Shown: piece by piece, positions 52,555 through 64,000 of the stretch
Layout of the letters: each line of letters begins with the position of its first letter
How positions within the stretch are numbered: the stretch's first letter is position 1
Assembly (NCBI RefSeq): GCF_036321535.1
Contig: NC_087436.1
Coordinates: 64,730,001 to 64,794,000, forward strand
Length of the DNA stretch: 64,000 bases
Direction: 5' to 3'
Source: Camelus dromedarius
Lineage: Eukaryota
Made by a program: the position numbers and the translations under genes
The notes under the pieces: model-generated
Seen by the model: the letters and a program-made list of their open reading frames with translations, nothing else
The model's database searches: none
Told to the model about the DNA's origin: nothing

Positions 52555-52715
52555 TTGCCATTCAAAGTGTGGTTGATGGATCAACAACGCTGGTATTACC
52601 AGGGGGCTTGCTGGAAATTTAGAATCTCAGCCGCACCCTATCTCTTATGAATTAGGATTTGCATTTAAGAAGAACCTCAGGTGATCTGTGTGCAGGTTAA
52701 AAATTAAAATATGGT
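52555..52715. mobile_element. MER5A-like DNA transposon
   Basis: ttcaaagtgtggtt...ggggcttgctggaaatttagaatctcagccgcaccc...tgcatttaagaagaacctcaggtgatctgtgtgca. Confidence 0.75.
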
Positions 52716-52854
52716 TCTATGTTAAAATGTCAGGACCAGGTGCGTGAAATTTGATTTTATTTCAAGGCCCATTTTACTCCTAACCAGACATAACCCTTTA
52801 GCTTCCCAAGTTAACCATTTACATCCTGGCAGAATCCCTATCAACTGATAAATG

Positions 52855-52857
<3 letters not shown>

Positions 52858-52906
<49 letters not shown>

Positions 52907-52916
52907 CACACACACA
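52858..52916. repeat. (CA)n microsatellite, about 29 units with one CG interruption
   Basis: Directly visible. Confidence 0.95.
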
Positions 52917-53469
52917 TATAAAAATTATAATATAAAGGTATACTTGTAAGTGAGTGTGTAGATCACTGCAAATTCATTTCCATTAATGGAAAAATTTTTC
53001 ATATTATGGTTTATGGTTCAGATCCTAGTAATTTGGGTCAATAGCTTCAATTTTATATATGATGGATAGCATAATATATATATTGACAATTATTTCTAAA
53101 TATTTTTAATTTTACTAGTATGACACATTTATATTAATTACCAAAAAATAATAACTGATTGGACAGCTCAGATGGAAACATGTAATCCAGGTAACTTTGA
53201 TGAAGATATTTAAGATAATGGACATCCTCAGCTCATAGTTTATCATATACTTTAATTTTTATGTAAACATATTTAGTAGAGGAAAATACTATTAGCTGAA
53301 TGTTATTAATGTTTATTACATGCCAACAACTTTTCTAAATGATTTACATTGATGTTCTGGTTTACGTATTCAGATCATGATCTACTATTAATTGCACTTT
53401 TACAAATGTAATTTTTTTAAACTAGGTTTTCTTTTGTTTTTATTACAGTAATATACATTGTCACTTGAG

Positions 53470-53685
53470 TTTGGGATATGGAGTTGGACTGACTTGGATT
53501 TGAATTTGTGTTCGACCTCTTACTCATTGCCTATGCTTGGGCTACCTACATCAACTCCCTTAGCTTCAGTTCCTCGTCTATAAAATGGAGATGATTTCCT
53601 TTATAGAGTCGTGAGGCTTGAAAGAGAAAGTGCCTATATTCCTGGCGTAGAGTTAGCATCATGTATGGTCAGGCCACTCAAAATA
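53470..53685 (+). mobile_element. MIR SINE
   Basis: tggagttggactgacttggatttgaat...cttcagttcctcgtctataaaatggagatg. Confidence 0.65.
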
Positions 53686-53689
53686 GCTG

Positions 53690-54145
53690 TTCTCTTGCTC
53701 TTTGTACATCCCCTGCTTCACCTACATCATGAACGTGCTTGGCTCCTGCCCCAGCTGGTGACTAGTCTAATCCTTAAGCCAAAATGGCTCCACCTGCTAG
53801 TTTGTTAAAGGGAAACACCTGCCCTTGTGATGGTGGCTAACCTAGGGGTCTGTGAGGCATGTGCCTCAGCTACTGGTTTCCTGGTAACCGATGAGCCAAC
53901 CTGATGTCCATTCCCCCTATAAATGGCGGCCGCCTTCCCTCTGAGTAGGGAAAATGGCTGCCATGCCCTGCCTGCTGTCTGCTGTTCCCAGTGGGATGTT
54001 GCTCCAGGACTTTCTGCTGCAGGCATGTAAGATCTCCTATCCAGTAAGCCGTTGATGTCTCTGTCACTGTCTCTGAGCTCGCTCTTTGGTCTCTAAGCTG
54101 GGCTACTACTACAAGGCTTGCAGACCTGCAGGGCACAGCCTAACA
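53690..54145 (+). mobile_element. Probable ERVL-class LTR
   Basis: GC-richer block with a TATA-like cctataaa near 53917, an AATAAA-like variant agtaag and a terminal cagcctaaca. 5' boundary and TSD not found. Confidence 0.5.
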
Positions 54146-56681
54146 CATCAGTAAGGATTAGTTCTTATTATGATTATTTACCTGATGTGCTCACCCTCAA
54201 TTTCATTTGGTTCCTGACAGCAAGATTTTTCATGTTGCTTTTGGAAAGATTTTTGCTCTATCTAACCACTAGGGAAAAGAAGCTTTCTTCTTTGGTCAGA
54301 CTGTTTTTACTGAACCAAATGTGGCTAGTTTGGGTTAGCAAGATTTATTGCCATTAGTTCTCCTTTTTGAATGGGAACTTGAAAATAGTATGTGTTGCCT
54401 GTATTTGGTTATAAACTCCATTGGAGTTTTCAGCTTGATCCTTATTTAAGTTGATTCTGTAATTTTACACCATTGTATATATACTATGTCAGAAACAGGT
54501 AAGCAGAGAAAAGTCAACATGGAAGACATTGTTTGATGATGTTTATATACATTTAAAACATAAATAGAACTCTAGCTTCCTGACTTCCTGATTCAATATT
54601 AAATTTGCCACAGATAATTCATACAACATTTTAGAGGTTCGAACCTCCAGGTTAGAAATGTTGTGGTAAATTTATACTTTCCTATAATCATAAAGATAAT
54701 TTTTGAACTCATAAAATTGATTTTAAAGAACTTTGCAAATATCCTTTAATGTGTCTGTCTGACACATGGTTAGGTGCAGTATTATTCTAATTCAGTATTG
54801 TTCCTTATTTCTTATATATTTTATAAGATGAAAAATTCAAGTAGAATATATCTCCCATAAAAACAGATTGAATTTTTCTTAAGGTTTATTCTTTTTTCAA
54901 GTTTGGAACCAACTGAAAGATCAAGTTAGAGGTCAAAGAACAAAATGTCACAGTCATTTCTCTCATGAATAATTGGAAAAGGTAAATTTAGATGTAAGGC
55001 TAAGTTGGCTTGTTAATAATCCATCTCTGTATTAGACTAACTCACCCCAATAATGGGAGAACTGCACAAACCCATAGTGAACATGCCAGACTTTTTTCCC
55101 TTATGAATAAGACAGCAAACAGACCAGAATACATTCCTCCTGCAGAAAATAGAAGCACAGAAGTTGCCAGATGACTTATGCTTAGTTCTTTCTTCCAGCA
55201 GCATCATCATCAGGGAAATCATTCCTCCTCCTGTGATCAAGCAATTTGAACTTTTATTTTTTTCAAGTTAATGTAGTGAAGTGACACAAAATTTTAATAT
55301 TACTATGGAATTGAAGACATCTTAAGCACTGGTAAATAATAGCATTTTAACATTCTGGGTAGTTTTCAAAATCTAAGGATAGATTGCCTTGGACCACCTT
55401 AAATGTATTATCATTTTATATTTTATGCAAGATTAAATGGGGATTTGTGACACCCTCAGAAGAGTAAAATCTAGCCCAATCTTTGGAACTATGAATTCAA
55501 GCTTGTTTTAACTTTCGAATATTTAAAGTGCTGTAAATTTCCTGTTACCATTGACAAAGGGTGCACTTTCTCTACTAAACCTCTTTTAACTTCATGTATT
55601 TTCTTCTCCTCAACTTTTTTTCTAGTACTTTAATAGTTGCAGGGTGGGAAGAAGCTCACTGTGTAAGATCCAAGGCAAACCATTAATTATGATACAATTG
55701 CATTGATAAAAATCTCCAATATTTAATTTAAAATTTATTTTTATTTCTTCACTGGATCAACTCAATTTACTTTGATTCCTTCAGCTCCAACCTCAATTAA
55801 AGTCATTACATCATCATGAGGAGCTAGTCTCTCCCCATGATATTGTATATATGGAATGCATTAGAAAGCCACAGGGACAAGATTTATTTGTCTATGTGGA
55901 GCTCTAAGGTTTCATGAGTGGACAAAGAAGCTGAAGTTCTGCCTCTCCTTTCCTTTTTTGCCCCTATTTTCTTCTTTCCTGTTTACCTGTTTTCCCTCCA
56001 AACTTCTTTAGCAGTTTGTTTTCTTTTTGTTTTTAGACAAAAGGACATAAATTATAGCTGTTTATTTGTAGTATTGTACACATTTTCATGCTATTGACTT
56101 TTCAGTATGGTAACAGAATTGCTAGCTAGTATACAGAAATCTTATATCTTAATTGTAGTTTTCAAGACTATTATTTTCTGTTTTTTTTTTTTTTTTAAGT
56201 CTGAAACTTTTATCCTTTAATTGAGCATTGTCTGAAACTGACTTGGGGAGGACATCATTTTTTTTTCAATATAAACACTCATTTAAAAATACACATGTGG
56301 GGTATTAGAGACATTCTTAAAGATGATTAAACTATTCTCTCTGGACCATTTAACAGCATTCTTACTGCATTCACATTCAACCATCTGGTTTACCTATAGA
56401 GAATTTAAAGGATGATGTCACCAGAGTATCTCATCTACATTGAAATCACTACACTGCATACACAAGAGTGTTATTGGAAACATATGTTTGGTTTAAAAAC
56501 GCCTTCCATTTCATCCACTGTGAGCCAGATCCTATCAGTGACAAAAATTTCTCAGGAAGTTAGCTAGCACTTGAATTTATTAAATTACCACTTAAAGGTA
56601 CAACAGCTTAAAACCAGTTTCAAATACTCTTGCACCAATCAAAATACTTGACTTAGTCTAAGGAGAGCATTCTCCTCTTTA

Positions 56682-56719
56682 AAAACAAAACAAAAACAAA
56701 CAAACAAACAAACAAAAAA
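56682..56719. repeat. (AAAC)n A-rich simple repeat
   Basis: Directly visible. Confidence 0.85.
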
Positions 56720-56985
56720 CTGTTCTATAGTTGAGAAGGTATAGCAAAGATTTAGAGAAGCTATATACCAGCATTATGTTGTTTCATGTTTAAAGAGAGG
56801 CAGGTCAACATTTAATCTCACAGTGAAATTATTGACCTATTTCCAATAGAGGGTTAAAAAAATTGAAAAACCATCTGGCTTCAGAGAGGAAATAGAAAAG
56901 ATAAATTATAGGGGAATGTTTAAAAGAAATAATCAGGACACGGTTTTCTTTTTGGGTTGACCTAGTGTTTCAATGATTTAATTTT

Positions 56986-58798
56986 GTGTGTGTGTGCGTG
57001 TGTGTGTGTGTGGTGTTATTTTTTTTAAACATTTTTTTTTTTATGGAGTTATAGTTTTTTTACAATGTTGTGTCAAATTCCAGTGTAGAGCACAATTCTG
57101 CAGTTATACATGAACATACATATATTCATTGTCACTTCTTTTTTCGCTGTAAGCTACCACAAGATTTTGTATACATTTCCCTGTGCTATACAGTATAATC
57201 TTGTTTATCTATTCTACATATGCCTGTTAGTATCTACAAATTTTGAAACCCCATTCTGTCCCTTCCCACCCCCCGCCCCCTTGGCAACCACAAGTTTGTA
57301 TTCTATGTCTATGAGTCTGTTTCTGTTTTGTATTTATGCTTTGGGTTTTTTTTGGTTTTTTTTGTTTGTTTGTTTTAGATTCCACATATGAGCGATCCCA
57401 TATGGCATTTTTCTTTCTCTTTCTGGCTTACTTCACTTAGAATGACATTCTCTAGGAGCATCCATGTTGCTGCAAATGGCGTTATGTTGTTGGTTTTTAT
57501 GGCTGAATAGTATTCCATTGTATAAAGATACTACCTCTTCTTTATCCAGTCATCCATTGATGGACATTTAGGCTGTCTCCATGTCTTGACTATTGTAAAT
57601 AGTGCTTCTATGAACATTGGGGTGCAAGTGTCATTCTGAAGTAGGGTTCCTTCTGGATATATGCCCAGGAGCGGGATTTCTGGGTCATATAGTAAGTCTA
57701 TTCCTAGTCTTTTGAGGAATCTCCATACTGTTTTCTGCAGTGGCTGCACCAAACTGCGTTCCCCACAGCAGTGTAGGAGGGTTCCCTTTTCTCCACAGCC
57801 TCTCCAGCATTTGTCATTTGTGGACTTTTGAATGATGGCCATTCAGACTGGTGTAGGAATACAAATACTGATTTGTATTTCTCTGATAATTAGTGATATT
57901 GAGCATTTTTTCATGTGCCTATTGATCATTTGTATGTCTTCCTTGGAGAATTGCTTGTTTAGGTCTTCTGCCCATTTTTGGATTGGGTGTTTGGTTGTTT
58001 CTTATTAAGTCATATGAGCTGCTTGTATATTCTGGAGATCAAGCCTTTGTCGGATTCATTTGCAAAAATTTTCTCCCATTCCATAGGTTGTCTTTTTGTT
58101 TTACTTATGGTTTTCTTTGCTGTGCAGAAGCTTGTAAGTTTCATTAGGTCCCGTTTGTTTATTCTTGCTTTTATTTCTATTGCTTGAGTAGACTGTTCTA
58201 GGAGAACATTTTTGAGATGTATGTCAGATAATGTTTTGCCTATATTTTCTTCAAGGAGGTTTATTGTATCTTGTCTTATGTTTAAGTCTTTGATCCATTT
58301 TGAGTTTATTTTTGTGTATGGTGTAAGGGAGTGTTCTAGCTTCATTGCTTTACATGCTGCTGTCCAGTTTTCCCAACACCATTTGCTGAAGAGACTGTCT
58401 TTATTCCATTGTATATTCTTGCCTCCTTTGTCAAAGATTAGTTGATCAAAAGTTTGCGGGTTCATTTCTGGGCTCTCTATTCTGTTTCATTGGTCTATAT
58501 GTCTGTTTTTGTACCTGTACCATGCTGTCTTTATTACTGTAGCTCTATAGAATTGTCTGAAGTCCGGGAGAGTTATTCCTCCAGCCTCTTTCTTTTTCTT
58601 CAGTAATGCCTCGGCAATTCTAGGTCTTTGATGGTTCCATATAAATTTTATTATGATTTATTCTAGTTCTGTGAAATATGTCCTGGGTAATTTGATAGGG
58701 ATTGCATTAAATCTGTAGATTGCCTTGGGCAGTGTGACCATTTTAACAATATTGATTTTTCCAATCCAAGAACATGTGATATCTTCCCATTTTTTAAA
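56986..58798 (-). mobile_element. Relatively young 5'-truncated LINE-1 (about 1.8 kb): ORF2 C-terminus, 3'UTR and tail
   Basis: ORF track 58010..58465(-) and 57531..57842(-) translate to L1 ORF2p ([54 protein letters not shown]). Poly(T) near 57020-57042; candidate TSD ga(t/c)ttaatttt. Confidence 0.95.
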
Positions 58799-59469
58799 GA
58801 CTTAATTTTTAAAAGAAAGAGCTATTGATATTACTGTAGAGCTTCCTCCTCCCAATTATCTTGTAATTTCTTTTAAAGATGTTTTTCCTGCAAGACAGAA
58901 AACTTTAGATTAGTGAAATTTATTTTACTTACTTTTAAAAATAGTTTAGCACCAGCCTGGAAAAGGCATGGTAAATATCAAACAAAATTAGATTTCTGAG
59001 AACAAGGATAAAGATGGAATATTTTGGGGGAGGCTGTCAACCACATCTGCTTCCAAGAGCCTATATGAAACCAGTTCTGATGTAGTCAGATTATTCAGTG
59101 TGCTTGGGTATCATGTTATTGTGTTATTCATTAATGTATTAATTGCTTGTGGAAGCTAAAACACTCAAAATTTAAAAAAAAAAACCCATATATTCCAAAG
59201 TAAAATGACAAAATAAAAATATACAATAATGAAACTGATATATGGGTACAAGATATAAATGACCTAAAAATAATGTAGTCCCCTGAAAGCTTTTGTTTAT
59301 TTGTTGACAAAACAGATTACATATAGAGAATGGCCTTGGACTGATCAAATATCATAAATTTAATGTCATATTAAAAATGTGGTTTATTCTGTAGGCTAGT
59401 GAATATCCATAAAGTTCAACAACTTCCGAATTGGGATACTTTAGGAGATAATGTGGTAAAGTGAATGGG

Positions 59470-59640
59470 GCATAGGTTTTGGAAAAACAAAACAGACAAA
59501 CCCCCAAAACGGCAGCCTGAGTTTTAATCCCAATGTATTTATATACTAACTGTGTGATCAGAGTGAGTCATGTAATCTATTTAAGCCTGTTTTCACTTTG
59601 GTAAAATGGGACATTTTTGAGGTGTTGTGTACGTGACATA
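59470..59640 (+). mobile_element. MIR fragment
   Basis: gcctgagttttaatcccaa...taactgtgtgatcagagtgagtcatgtaatctatttaagcctgttttcactttggtaaaatggg. Confidence 0.6.
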
Positions 59641-59644
59641 CACT

Positions 59645-60075
59645 TATTCTAGTTTCTAGGGCTTCCTGACCAATCACTGCAAAACTTACTGGTATAAAAC
59701 TGTCCATGGGTTCTCTGGGTCCAGAATTCTGACAGGGCACTGTGGGGATGATTTTTAATCTCTGCAGTGTCCTTGGCCCTGGCAGGTACCTCTTCACATG
59801 AGCCTCCATATAAGGACTAGTTCAGGCTTTGTCACAGAATGGTGCTAGGTTTCAAGGGTGAGTGTCCTGAGAGGTTGCCAAGGGAAGCTGCATCCAATAT
59901 GGCATTTGACCTCAGAAGTCAATAAATACTCTGTTGGTTAGAGCAGCTACAAGCCCCTGCCCAGACACCATGACACCCTACCTCTACATGAGAAAATTTT
60001 CAGTCACCTTGTAAGAACACGTGGGATGGGGTACACATATTGTGTGACCAGTTTTAGAAAGTAAAATCTCCCATG
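59645..60075 (-). mobile_element. MaLR (MLT1-type) LTR
   Basis: ctgggtccagaattctgacagggcactgtggggatg...ggaagctgcatc...gacctcagaagtc. Confidence 0.55.
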
Positions 60076-60109
60076 GCACTCAACATATAGAATCTATTAC
60101 TACTTTTAT

Positions 60110-60315
60110 ATGATACAGTATGGAATTGTGGAAAAGGCAAGAATTTGGGATCAAGGATATTTTGCTACTTAAAAATCCATATTATTTAGAGTCTCTGACA
60201 AATTCTTCACCTATTAAATTAGTATGATACACTTATTTTGAAGGGTTATTGTGAGAATTAAAGAGCTAATATGCAAAAGTATCTGACAGATACTAAATGC
60301 TCAGTAAATGCTCCC
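60110..60315 (+). mobile_element. MIR fragment
   Basis: agggttattgtgagaattaaagagctaatatgcaaaagtatctgacaga...aaatgctcagtaaatg. Confidence 0.6.
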
Positions 60316-60529
60316 CCAGTTTTGTGCCAGCAGATAATGGCACTTAAAATGTCTCCTCTTCCTACAAAATCAAAGAGTTCCCTGTAAGCCAAAGCAGTTG
60401 TTAATAGGCAGAAGCAATGGATTTCTGTATAGAATCAAACTTGGAGCAGTGTGTTCAGGACCAGCAAAATGTAACTTTTTTTAAGGAAAAATTCAGTGTC
60501 ACCAACAAGCTTGAGGAACAAATTGAATC

Positions 60530-60690
60530 ACAGACTCATGGAACCTTAGAGGAGGAAGGTGGCTGTTAGGGCAAACTCCACATTTTATAGATAATGGAAT
60601 CAAGAAAGGTTAAATAGCTTGTTTAAAGTTATACACTAAGGAGCAAATTTGTGGCTGAAATTCATGTCTGCTAACTTGTAAGTTCAAATC
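60530..60690 (-). mobile_element. MIR fragment
   Basis: ggaaccttagagg...cattttatagataatggaatcaagaaaggttaaatagcttg. Confidence 0.5.
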
Positions 60691-61059
60691 TTTAATAGTC
60701 AACTATGCACATTATGAATTTTCTTTATACCTTTTCTCCCTCTGGAATGGAATCATGCATTAATTACAATTGAGCATATTATTTGTGTGAATACAATAAT
60801 AATGTGAGTACAATAACTTATGAATTAATATGTCAAATGAGAGTTTTCCAAAATCTTTAATATAATAGAAGGAGTAATTATTTCATTATGGGAAACAATC
60901 AGGAAACTGAAGCTTAAAAATAGCTGAAAAAATTTCCAAAGTTCTCCAAAATGTGCATTTCTAGTTTAGGATTTTTGACATTGGTTAATCAAAAACCCAA
61001 ATGTGGTTGGATTGACCTTAGATATGTCTACTGGGCAAGTCAATCAGTTTTCCTGCCTT

Positions 61060-61660
61060 GGAATACAGTGTAGCAGGTAAGGACAAAGGGACTTGGAGTC
61101 AGACTTCCCAGATTGGATCCTGCTTCTGTCCACTTGCTTAACTAGCCTGTACTTCTAATAATAGTTGGTACATTGAGTGCTTGTGAGAACTAAGTGGTGT
61201 AGTTTCCAGCTGCTGCTGTACCAAATTGCCCCAACTTAGTGGCATAAGATAACACAAACATATTCCTTCCAGTTCTAGATTCAGAAGTCCTAAATAAGTT
61301 TCATTTGGTTAAAGTCAAGCTGTTGGCAGATTCCTCTGGAGGCTTTGAGGGGGGAATCTGGGTTTGTTTGTTTGTTTGTTTGTTTGTTTGTTTTTGCTTT
61401 TCTCAGCCTCTAGTGGCCCCTTGGATTCCTTGTAGTTATATTTGAGGCCACACAGATAATCCAGACTCAACTTTCCATCTCAAGATATTTAAATTAATCA
61501 CAGCCATAAAGTCCCTTTTGTCAGATTAGAAAACATTCATAGATCCTAGACTCAGAGAAATTTAGGAGCCGTTATTCAGCCTACCACAAGTGGGATGATG
61601 TATACAAAGTACTTTACATCTCGCCTGGTTCCAAGCAAATACTCAATAAATGCTTATGAA
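61060..61660 (+). mobile_element. MIR SINE split by an LTR insertion (pieces 61060-61197 and 61589-61660)
   Basis: 5' piece acttggagtcagac...gcttgtgagaactaagtgg continues as gatgatgtatacaaagtacttt...tactcaataaatg after the LTR. Confidence 0.7.
61198..61588 (-). mobile_element. MaLR (MLT1-type) solo LTR, 391 bp, with an internal (GTTT)n
   Basis: TG...CA termini (tgtagtttcc...ttattcagcctaccaca) and a perfect 5-bp TSD AGTGG (61193-61197, 61589-61593). Confidence 0.85.
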
Positions 61661-62329
61661 TTATATTATTATATTATTATGAAATACAGCCGAACTATAG
61701 TCATACACATCATTTGCATGCCTCAAAGCCACACTATTGTGTGATGTGCTATTCAAAGAATGTGGGTGACAAAGACAATAAAGTTAAAAATCATCGTCTC
61801 CGAGCATCACCTAGTGAACTCACTGGAAACCCAGCACATTCCAGATCCCTTCCCCTCACATGATCATCAGGTGGCACCTCTATATTCTATGGCACTTTTA
61901 AATCTTCTCTTCCATGTATTTCCTGATTCTCACTCTTGATCTGCAGAGATGTCTACCTTTGCATTTTCCTGTATCACTGACATTTTGGCACTGCTGCTGA
62001 TGCTTCCTGGCTCTGTCCCTGCCAGCTCACTGGGAATCCTCAACCATGGGTGAGACAACCCTTTTCTCTCTTCATCACTCTGATGATTCGATGCCATTTT
62101 TAAGCCCTTCTTCTCCCCTAGGTTTCTAGTTTTCTTTTATTTTACCAACTTGAATATTTTACACTCCTTTATTAATTGATCTGTAGGTCTTTCAGAGCCT
62201 CCTCTCACAAAGCACTTCAAGCAGACTCCCCTTCGCTGAAATGGAGAACGTTATCTTCAGCTGTCTCATTGACAGATGGTCAAGATGAAGCCTGTCTTTG
62301 TGCCAAACACTGAGTTTTCTGTTAAACTA

Positions 62330-63170
62330 GGACATGAATAATGATTAAAAATTTAGTATACATCAGGCCTGTGTTGATGAACATGAAAGCCACAATCTCT
62401 GCTCAAGAAGCTTATATTATTAAGCATGGGAAATTAAAAACACCAAAACATGAAACAGGTAATTGTAATCTGGAGTAATATGCTAGAAACTGTTAGACAT
62501 TTTGAGTGCTCTGGGAGCATTAGGGGAGGCAACTAATCCTGATTTGGAGGGTCAGAGGATGGTTCCTGGAAAAAATGTTCACCCTGTAGGATGAGACTTG
62601 AAGGATCAACTCTCCTTAGAATAATGATGGGCAAGAGAGGCTAGGGCCAATGGCTTCGTGGAGAACACAGGTTTCAGAGAAGAAAGAAAAGCCTAAGGCG
62701 AAGACTTGAAGAACAAGAGGGTGTCATGTGTAAAGTTCCAAGTGAATTTCAGAATGGCTAGATCATTGGTATGACAGGAGAAAGGGAAAAGACTGGGGAG
62801 ATTAGCCAGACTCTGAGGACCTTGAGGGTCATTTTAAGAAATTTAGATTTTTATGTAAAGGACAAAGAGGAATTCCTGAAGTGGAATGCTATTTTTTTAG
62901 GAGTGGTGTTCAGAAAGGTCATTCTCTGACTCATTGCCATGGTAAAAGGACAAATGGCAAGATTGGAGATGGATTGGCCAGGGCAGTATGGAGCCTATTA
63001 TAGGAATACAGTTGCACTTCATTCTGGGATTTGTCATACAGTGGACACGTTTAAGAACTATTCATGAGGTAAATCTCACAGCATTTGATGCTTGTTTGAA
63101 TGCGAATGTTGGTATGAAATGAGGGAGAGGAATTCCTGGTGCCTCTCATGTATAGATTCTTGGTTCTGAG
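62330..63170 (-). mobile_element. L2 LINE fragment
   Basis: Purine-rich antisense L2 motifs: gagtgctctgggagca, ggtcagaggatggttcctgga, gagacttgaaggat, ttaagaaatttagatttttat. Confidence 0.65.
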
Positions 63171-64000
63171 GTTGACTATCAGACTTTAGGATCCTTTCAG
63201 AGTTTTTCTAAGGAGACCCTTCATTTTTGCATGAAAAGAAGTGACAAGTTAGAGTTTATAGTGGACTTACAGATTTTTGCCCTTCAATTAAGCCGCTGTT
63301 GCACATATAAGTTTTTTATTATAATCTTTATTGCTTAACCATTGCGTTGGATTTTTTTCTCCCACTCTCCCGTAGAATTAGATGGAACTGATTCTCACAA
63401 GCCTCACAGATCAAGAAAAAGATAGTAAACATATGGCTACAAATTAGTCAGCAAACCTTGTTATTTAAGAATGAAAGCATTTTGGTGAAGCCCCTGGGAA
63501 TCTTTCAGCTGGGATGCCTTGACAGTTTACTTCTGCTACTTAGGAGGAATCAGAGGCGATGGTCTTGTTAGAGACAATGCGGCAGCATTTTCCTACTCAG
63601 CTTATGTCTTCAACTATTTTCAGAGTTGCTTTCTGGTGTGATTCCAGAATGTTGTAAGGTGCTGAATTATTAGTAAATCCAGAGAAGAAAAAGCCCGAGT
63701 AAAAGCTTTTATAACTAGGAGATGAGAGAAAATCTCTGTCCAATGGATGATTTCGTCTCCCTTCTGAAGAATGACCTTAGACTGTCAAATCATACCAAAC
63801 ACGACCACAACACACACCACAAGGTCATTAGGAATTCACCTCCTGTTACCACGGGAGTTGGTAAGATCTGAGGTTGCAAAGCTCTGCAGATGGCTAGTCC
63901 TTGCAAACATTGTGGGAGCAGCACAATTCTTGGGTTTCTAGAGTGTGACAGAATTCTTTAATTTTTTATTAAAGGATGTAAACAGTTTACACAGTTGCCT

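Noticed and set aside
57531..58465. L1 ORF2 pieces as a functional gene
   Set aside because: 5'-truncated element lacking promoter, ORF1, endonuclease and RT core, with a disrupted frame.
1..64000. Prokaryotic-style systems (CRISPR arrays, operons, defence islands, rRNA/tRNA genes)
   Set aside because: The sequence is mammalian intron and intergenic DNA. I saw no regularly spaced direct repeats with spacers, no dense ORFs and no recognisable structured RNA genes.
23000..64000. Orthologue of the human antisense lncRNA ADGRL3-AS1
   Set aside because: Plausible by synteny, but I cannot identify its exons or promoter from sequence; it needs stranded RNA-seq or liftover.

Overview
This is AT-rich, CpG-poor mammalian genomic DNA, not microbial. 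It holds the 3' end of ADGRL3 (latrophilin-3/LPHN3, an adhesion GPCR) on the + strand. Three coding pieces are supported: a 129-nt cassette exon (15343-15471), an exon with two donors giving 18 or 52 nt (19988-20005/20039), and the terminal exon (CDS 21932-22731) ending in the PDZ ligand VTSL. A long 3'UTR with tandem poly(A) signals follows, probably to about 30.1 kb. The upstream transmembrane exons lie outside the window. The rest is intron and gene desert containing old MIR, L2, L1M, MaLR/ERV LTRs and hAT DNA transposons, plus one younger 5'-truncated L1 (about 57.0-58.8 kb) that looks camelid. Repeat family names come from recognising consensus motifs by eye, so their boundaries are approximate. 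The most interesting structure is a compact splicing/polyadenylation switch that makes several receptor C-termini, including dual-frame use of the terminal exon. This is partly described in rodents and human, and I add a few unverified extra splice options. I found no convincing wholly novel biological system. Most ORFs in the supplied track are spurious.
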